Source of the DNA: Planctomycetales bacterium
GTDB lineage: Bacteria > 4484-113
Assembly: GCA_037441675.1 (NCBI GenBank)
Contig: JBBIRS010000010.1
Coordinates: 1-64,000, forward strand
Length of the DNA: 64,000 nt
Reading direction: 5' to 3'
Part shown: positions 58,978 to 64,000 of the stretch, piece by piece
How the letters are laid out: each line of letters starts with the position of its first letter
Numbering within the stretch: position 1 is the first letter of the stretch
Made by a program: the position numbers and the translations under genes
The notes under the pieces: model-generated
What the model was told of the DNA's origin: nothing
Databases searched by the model: none
The model's input: the letters and a program-made list of their open reading frames with translations, nothing else

Positions 58978-59265
58978 TTATCCTTTCTTCAATATCGCCT
59001 TCTTTTCTTCCCTGGAATGACTTCTGAAGGTTCTTGTAGGTGCAAATTCACCAAGCTTATGTCCAATTAGTTCTTCTGTAATATAAACGGGGATAAACCT
59101 TTTTCCATTGTGAACTTCAAAATTGTGCCCGAGGAACTCAGGAACAATAGTGCAATCCCTTGCCCAGGTTCTAATGAGCTTCTTTTCATTTGTTTCATTG
59201 AGTTTTTGCACTTTCTTTAGCAATTTTAAGTCCACGTATGGTCCTTTTTTCGTTGATCTGCTCAT
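58978..59265 (-). CDS. rpsS: 30S ribosomal protein S19
   Basis: RSTKKGPYV and [11 protein letters not shown]. Confidence 0.97.
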   Translation of the reverse strand: MSRSTKKGPYVDLKLLKKVQKLNETNEKKLIRTWARDCTIVPEFLGHNFEVHNGKRFIPVYITEELIGHKLGEFAPTRTFRSHSREEKKAILKKG

Positions 59266-59316
59266 ACCGCAATCCCTGTCCTTAAGTTAAATTTGTAACA
59301 CTTGAACATAATTTCG

Positions 59317-60147
59317 CTATTTCTCTCTCCTTGATTTTATGATATGTGAAGTTGGTTTAGAGGCTTTCCTAGTACGGTAACCCTTTGCAGGAATTCCCTT
59401 TTCACTGCAAGGCGGCGTCCCGCTCTTGCTTTTACCTTCGCCACCACCCATAGGATGGTCTACGGGATTCATATGAACTGGTCTTGGGCGAGGAAGCCTA
59501 CCATGCCACTTGCTTGCTCCTGCTTTCCCAAGCTTAACGTTTTCATGATCAACATTACTCACGCGCCCGATAGTCGCATAACATTGGGAATTGATATACC
59601 TAACTTCGCCAGATGGCAATCGGACAATCGCCTTTTCGCCCTCTTTACCAAGAACTTGAGCCCACGTCCCTGCGGCGCGCACCAATCTTCCACGCCTACC
59701 GGGCACCAATTCAATATTGTGAATAAATGAACCATCTGGTATTCTAGAAAGTGGCATCGCATTCCCAATCTTAATCGGCGCATTTTCCGACGACTCTACA
59801 ATATCCCCTACCTTAATTCCCTCAGGCGCAAGAATGTAATTCAACTTTCCTGTGGTTTTATTGCGTATTAATGATATGAAGGCAGAACGATTCGGGTCAT
59901 AGTGAATCGCCAATACTTCACTTGCCCCCTCTTCCCTGCGATAAAAATCAACTATTCTATAGAGTTGTTTATTACCAACGCAACGGTACTTCGCAGTAAT
60001 TCTTCCTTGATTATTCCGACCAGCGGAGCGTTTCTTTACCTCAAGTAGGGATTTAGGGACAGGAACATCTTTAGTCAAAATGCTATAGTCTGTGGAAAGC
60101 ATTCCCCTACGCGAATGAGTATACGGTTTGTACTTCTTTAGAGGCAT
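59317..60147 (-). CDS. rplB: 50S ribosomal protein L2
   Basis: GRNNQGRIT, YDPNRSA and MNPVDHPMGGGEG. Confidence 0.97.
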   Translation of the reverse strand: MPLKKYKPYTHSRRGMLSTDYSILTKDVPVPKSLLEVKKRSAGRNNQGRITAKYRCVGNKQLYRIVDFYRREEGASEVLAIHYDPNRSAFISLIRNKTTGKLNYILAPEGIKVGDIVESSENAPIKIGNAMPLSRIPDGSFIHNIELVPGRRGRLVRAAGTWAQVLGKEGEKAIVRLPSGEVRYINSQCYATIGRVSNVDHENVKLGKAGASKWHGRLPRPRPVHMNPVDHPMGGGEGKSKSGTPPCSEKGIPAKGYRTRKASKPTSHIIKSRREK

Positions 60148-60150
60148 TTA

Positions 60151-60447
60151 CTATACCGCCTCCGTTATTTCTGGAATAGTTTCACCTGGCGCCAGTGAGA
60201 CAATAGCCTTAACGCGCGGTCTTGTCATATATTTCCTCATGCCCCACCTCTTCTGCTTTCTTGGTAGTTTTACAATATTGACATCTAGAACACGCACACC
60301 GTAAAGCTCCTTAATCGCTCGTCTTATTTCAGTCTTTGTAGCTAAATCATCCACCATGAACACGTACTTCCCTTTCGTGGCTATATCCATGCTCTTTTCA
60401 CTTAACACGGGATAAAGAATTATTTGTGTTGAATGCCTTCTATTCAT
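60151..60447 (-). CDS. rplW: 50S ribosomal protein L23
   Basis: PVLSEKS, ATKTEI and KAIVSL. Start overlaps the rplD stop. Confidence 0.95.
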   Translation of the reverse strand: MNRRHSTQIILYPVLSEKSMDIATKGKYVFMVDDLATKTEIRRAIKELYGVRVLDVNIVKLPRKQKRWGMRKYMTRPRVKAIVSLAPGETIPEITEAV

Positions 60448-61165
60448 CTTCCTCACCTGCTTTTGCGGACCTTGCTTTCTTGGTTGTTGAAGTAACTTTG
60501 ACCTTTTCAGGAACTGAGACGATATTTTTATCGTCGGAAATTTCGTCTTCTTTACGGATTGATAAAGTCTTTAGGTAGTTTCTAAATTCTTCAAGGGCCT
60601 TTTGAGTAAATATGAGAAAATCCGAATTTACAAGATGGGCAACGGTCAGCTTCCTTGGCGTTAATGTCGTAACACCGGCAATGTTTCTCACAGCCCGCTG
60701 AACTGCCGCAGAGGGGCTAATTACTAGAATTCCTGTCCCAGTGAAACCACTTTTTACTAAAGCGGAGTATGCATCCTTAGTCTTTGTTATACTTTCAAAT
60801 TCTTCATCATTAATAATCTTGATAGCGTTATTATCCAAATGATACTTAATGGCAGAATGAAAGGCTAACCTCTTAACTTTCTTGTTTATCTTAATATTTC
60901 TCAAGTTAGGAAGTGGACCCATTGGGACTGCACCACCACGCATATGGGGGTTTCCGCGTTCTCCCTGCCGAGCAAATCCCGTTCCCTTCTGTCTAAATAA
61001 CTTTCGTCCAGAATAGGCAAGCTCCCCTATTCGCTTTGTCTTCGCGGTCCGAGGCTTTCTATTAAGAAGCTGACTGCGATATGATAGCGAAATAAGATGA
61101 AGATTAACGTCAGAAACATTAATCTCTGGTAGCTCCTTTAACAGACTGTAACTTGTTTCAGCCAT
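60440..61165 (-). CDS. rplD: 50S ribosomal protein L4 with C-terminal extension
   Basis: RQKGTGFARQG..P..RGG..GP.P and KINKK. Confidence 0.95.
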   Translation of the reverse strand: MAETSYSLLKELPEINVSDVNLHLISLSYRSQLLNRKPRTAKTKRIGELAYSGRKLFRQKGTGFARQGERGNPHMRGGAVPMGPLPNLRNIKINKKVKRLAFHSAIKYHLDNNAIKIINDEEFESITKTKDAYSALVKSGFTGTGILVISPSAAVQRAVRNIAGVTTLTPRKLTVAHLVNSDFLIFTQKALEEFRNYLKTLSIRKEDEISDDKNIVSVPEKVKVTSTTKKARSAKAGEEDE

Positions 61166-61167
61166 AT

Positions 61168-62085
61168 TTATACTTCCCCCTCGCCATGTTGCGCTTCATT
61201 ATTTTTTTCAGTCTCCATCTCTTCTTTATTACTTGATGTTGTCCCAGAACTGACATTTCCTTCTGTTTCATCGGATTTAGCGCTTAATTCCGAATCCGCT
61301 TCAACTATCTCATCTTTTGAAGCAACAGATTCTACTGATTCGGTGGAAAGAACTTCCTCGTGAATACTTTGTTCAGCAACGCTCGGAACTGCTTCAGTTT
61401 TCTTTGCCTGCTCTCTTTCTTCCTTAATCTCTTCAACTTCCTTTTCAGTTAATAGTTTTTTCAGCTTCAAGGTTACTATTCCGCCGGCTGGGCCAGGAAT
61501 TGATCCTTGAATAGCTAGGAGATTAAGCTCACTATTGTATTCAAAACAAGAAAGGTCAGAGATACTTACACGAACCGCGCCCATATGTCCAGGCTTTCTC
61601 GTTCCCGGAAATACACGAGCAGGATCAGTTGCACCACTGCTCATTGGCCTTCGTTCATCCGGCTCTCCATGGGTGCGCTCTTCCCCCTTAAAACCGTGCC
61701 GCTTCATTGCGCCTGCAAAACCTTTTCCTTTACTTATTGCCCAAACATCAACCTCACCCCAATAGTCCAGAAATTCGCTGGGGTCTATCACCTGACCCAA
61801 ATGGTAATTGCTCAAGTCCTCTTCGGGGACTTTTGCTTCAAAGAAACGTCGGTAGCATCCCTTTACTCCCGCCTTCCGAAGAATTCCTGCTTTGGGTTTA
61901 TTTATATGCTTTTCCGTGGTTTCTTGATACGCAAGTTGAATAGCGTTATATCCATCTCTCTCTTTATATTTAATTTGAGTAACGACCATCTTAAATGGAC
62001 GAATGAGGGTAACGGGAAAGGTAGTTCCCGTCCCATCATATACGCTGGTCATACCAACCTTAATTCCTTTTATTATTGACAACAT
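61168..62085 (-). CDS. rplC: 50S ribosomal protein L3 with acidic C-terminal extension
   Basis: KVGMT, DGYNAIQ, SKGKGFAG, GHMG and GSIPG. Confidence 0.96.
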   Translation of the reverse strand: MLSIIKGIKVGMTSVYDGTGTTFPVTLIRPFKMVVTQIKYKERDGYNAIQLAYQETTEKHINKPKAGILRKAGVKGCYRRFFEAKVPEEDLSNYHLGQVIDPSEFLDYWGEVDVWAISKGKGFAGAMKRHGFKGEERTHGEPDERRPMSSGATDPARVFPGTRKPGHMGAVRVSISDLSCFEYNSELNLLAIQGSIPGPAGGIVTLKLKKLLTEKEVEEIKEEREQAKKTEAVPSVAEQSIHEEVLSTESVESVASKDEIVEADSELSAKSDETEGNVSSGTTSSNKEEMETEKNNEAQHGEGEV

Positions 62086-62110
62086 TTCAAACGCAAAAAC
62101 GTTAATTTAA

Positions 62111-62416
62111 CTAGACTTTCAGTTCAATGTCAACACCAGCTGGTAAATCCAAGCTAGAAAGGTGCTCAACTGTCTGGGAAGTCGGATGCAGTATATCTAT
62201 TAATCTTTTGTGGGTTCGGAGTTCAAAATGTTCTCTACTTTCTTTATCAATATGAGGACTCCGATTAACACAAAAGACTCTACGTTCCGTTGGTAGTGGG
62301 ATAGGTCCTACAACCTTAGCACCGCTTCTTTCAACAGTTGATATTATCCTATTAACGCTCTCATCAAGAATTTTGTAATCATAACTTTTCAACTTTATTC
62401 TTATTCTTTGAGCCAT
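62111..62416 (-). CDS. rpsJ: 30S ribosomal protein S10
   Basis: [20 protein letters not shown] and HKRLIDI. AAGGAGG RBS. Confidence 0.98.
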   Translation of the reverse strand: MAQRIRIKLKSYDYKILDESVNRIISTVERSGAKVVGPIPLPTERRVFCVNRSPHIDKESREHFELRTHKRLIDILHPTSQTVEHLSSLDLPAGVDIELKV

Positions 62417-62434
62417 ACTTCTTCCTCCTTTGTC

Positions 62435-64000
62435 TTACAACTTAACGCCGATCTCCTCTCCCACTGGAGCCATTTCTTTGGGCACTTCTTCGTAGGAATG
62501 AAATTCCATTGTAAATGAGCCCCTGCCTTGTGTTTTAGAGCGAAGGGAAGTTGCATATCCAAACATTTCAGCTAGTGGTACCAAACCTCTAACAGTGCAT
62601 GCCTGGGGGTTGTTTGTGTCTATGGTTTCAATTTTTGCACGGCGGGTATTCAAATCACCTATAACTTCACCCAAGTAGCCTTCAGGGACTGTTATCTCCA
62701 CAAGCATTAAAGGCTCCAGGAGAACGGGATTTGCCCTCCTCAAAGCTTCCTTCGTTGCGAGACTGCTTGCTATTTTGAAAGCAAGCTCACTACTGTCCAC
62801 GGGATGATGAGAGCCATCAATTAAGGTTGCTTTAACACCTATTACAGGATAACCCTTCAAGGGACCACAATTCAAAGCTTCACGTACTCCTTCTTCTACA
62901 GCTCGGAAATACTGCTTTGGGACATTACCCCCAACAACCCTTTCCTCAAAAACAATCTCTTTTCCATCATCAGATGGTTCCACATTCAGAATTACGTGAC
63001 CATACTGCCCTCTTCCACCCGTCTGCCGAATAAATTTTCCCTCCACACCCTCAGCAACTCCACGAATTGTTTCACGATATGCGACTTGGGGACGACCAAC
63101 TTTGGCTGAAACATTAAGCTCCCTAAGCATTCTATCAACGATAATTTCGAGATGAAGCTCTCCCATCCCAGAAACAACCACCTGTCCACTTTCTTCATCC
63201 GTCCTGTAGCGAAAAGTTGGATCCTCTTCGGAAAATTTAGCTAAGGCAGTTCCAAGCTTTTCCTGATCAGCTCTAGTTTTTGGTTCCAGTGCAACATTAA
63301 GTACAGGCTCAGGTATATGAATAGACTCTAAATATATAGGATGTTTTGGATCTGTAAGAGTGTCACCAGTAAGGACGCTTCTTAATCCAACTACCGCAAC
63401 GATATCTCCAGCTCTAACCTCATCAATATCTTGTCTATGATTTGCGTGCATACGAAGAATCCGCATAATCCTTTCCTTCTTATTCTCTCTAACGTTTAGC
63501 AAAGTCTCACCTTTAGCAATCTTCCCAGAGTAAACTCGGATAAAGGTAAGTTTTCCCACATGAGGGTCGCTTTGCACTTTGAACGCGAGGGCAGAAAAAG
63601 GTGCATTTTCATCCGCTCGTCTTTCTTCTTCTTTATCCTTGCTCGGCACCCTGCCCCTGATAGGCGGAACATCATCCGGTGCGGGTAGGTAATCAATTAC
63701 CGCATCAAGCAATGTCTGCACACCTTTGTTTTTGAACGCAGAACCACAAAGCACAGGAACCAACTGACCCTGACAGGTCAATTGCCGTAGGGCGGTTTTA
63801 ATTTCCTTGACCGTTATATGCTCTTCCGCCACATACTTAGCAAGTAGGCTATCGTCTCTTTCGCAAATGCGCTCAATTAACTCAGCACGAAGACTCTTGA
63901 TCTCGTCTCTATATTCAGGAGGAACTTCAATTTCAATAACAGTGGCGCCGAGGTCCTTTTCAGAGAAAGTCCACGCTCTTTCTTCCAAAAGATCAATCAC
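62435..64000 (-). CDS. fusA: Elongation factor G (5' end lies outside the window)
   Basis: CGSAFKNKGVQ, EEDPTF, GMGELHLEI, PQVAYRET, RQTGGRGQYGHV, VDSSE and LRSKTQGRG. Confidence 0.98.
   Translation of the reverse strand: MIDLLEERAWTFSEKDLGATVIEIEVPPEYRDEIKSLRAELIERICERDDSLLAKYVAEEHITVKEIKTALRQLTCQGQLVPVLCGSAFKNKGVQTLLDAVIDYLPAPDDVPPIRGRVPSKDKEEERRADENAPFSALAFKVQSDPHVGKLTFIRVYSGKIAKGETLLNVRENKKERIMRILRMHANHRQDIDEVRAGDIVAVVGLRSVLTGDTLTDPKHPIYLESIHIPEPVLNVALEPKTRADQEKLGTALAKFSEEDPTFRYRTDEESGQVVVSGMGELHLEIIVDRMLRELNVSAKVGRPQVAYRETIRGVAEGVEGKFIRQTGGRGQYGHVILNVEPSDDGKEIVFEERVVGGNVPKQYFRAVEEGVREALNCGPLKGYPVIGVKATLIDGSHHPVDSSELAFKIASSLATKEALRRANPVLLEPLMLVEITVPEGYLGEVIGDLNTRRAKIETIDTNNPQACTVRGLVPLAEMFGYATSLRSKTQGRGSFTMEFHSYEEVPKEMAPVGEEIGVKL

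Noticed and set aside
61585..62079. 164-aa antisense ORF, and similar ones such as 19305-19790, 41362-41790 and 52683-53060
   Set aside because: They overlap well-supported genes on the opposite strand and have no motifs. Shadow ORFs.
1..64000. CRISPR arrays, IS elements, prophage, reverse transcriptases, rRNA
   Set aside because: No regularly spaced repeats or corresponding protein/RNA motifs were seen. Intergenic gaps are all short.

Overview
This 64-kb bacterial window uses the standard code (TGA terminates many genes) and is mostly AT-rich. The right third (45.6-64 kb, minus strand) is a contiguous fusA-S10-spc-alpha ribosomal superoperon ending in truA. It has no tuf between fusA and rpsJ, no rpmD (L30), and six ribosomal proteins with long charged extensions. 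The left two-thirds is mixed housekeeping and envelope DNA: a cytochrome bd-superfamily pair with a fused cytochrome c, cdsA-rseP, three exported proteases, mdh, a fumarase/aspartase, purF, an orphan PhnD-like protein, a GC-richer Cys-less thiolase-like + DUF35 pair, ADP-heptose/LPS core genes, ribF, amidase-murG, tRNA-Leu(GAG), rsmD and a hybrid histidine kinase broken by two lesions. I saw no CRISPR array, transposase, integrase, phage gene or rRNA. The best leads are (i) a ~195-nt rod-like structured RNA candidate behind a small orphan ORF (14.2-14.6 kb), (ii) a lipoprotein carrying both a dockerin-like and a cohesin-like module, (iii) an exported GyrI-like protein flanked by duplicated metallothionein-like Cys clusters, (iv) the CydA-cytochrome c/CydA-like pair and (v) the extended, L30-less ribosome. 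All calls come from reading motifs by eye; no database searches or folding programs were run.
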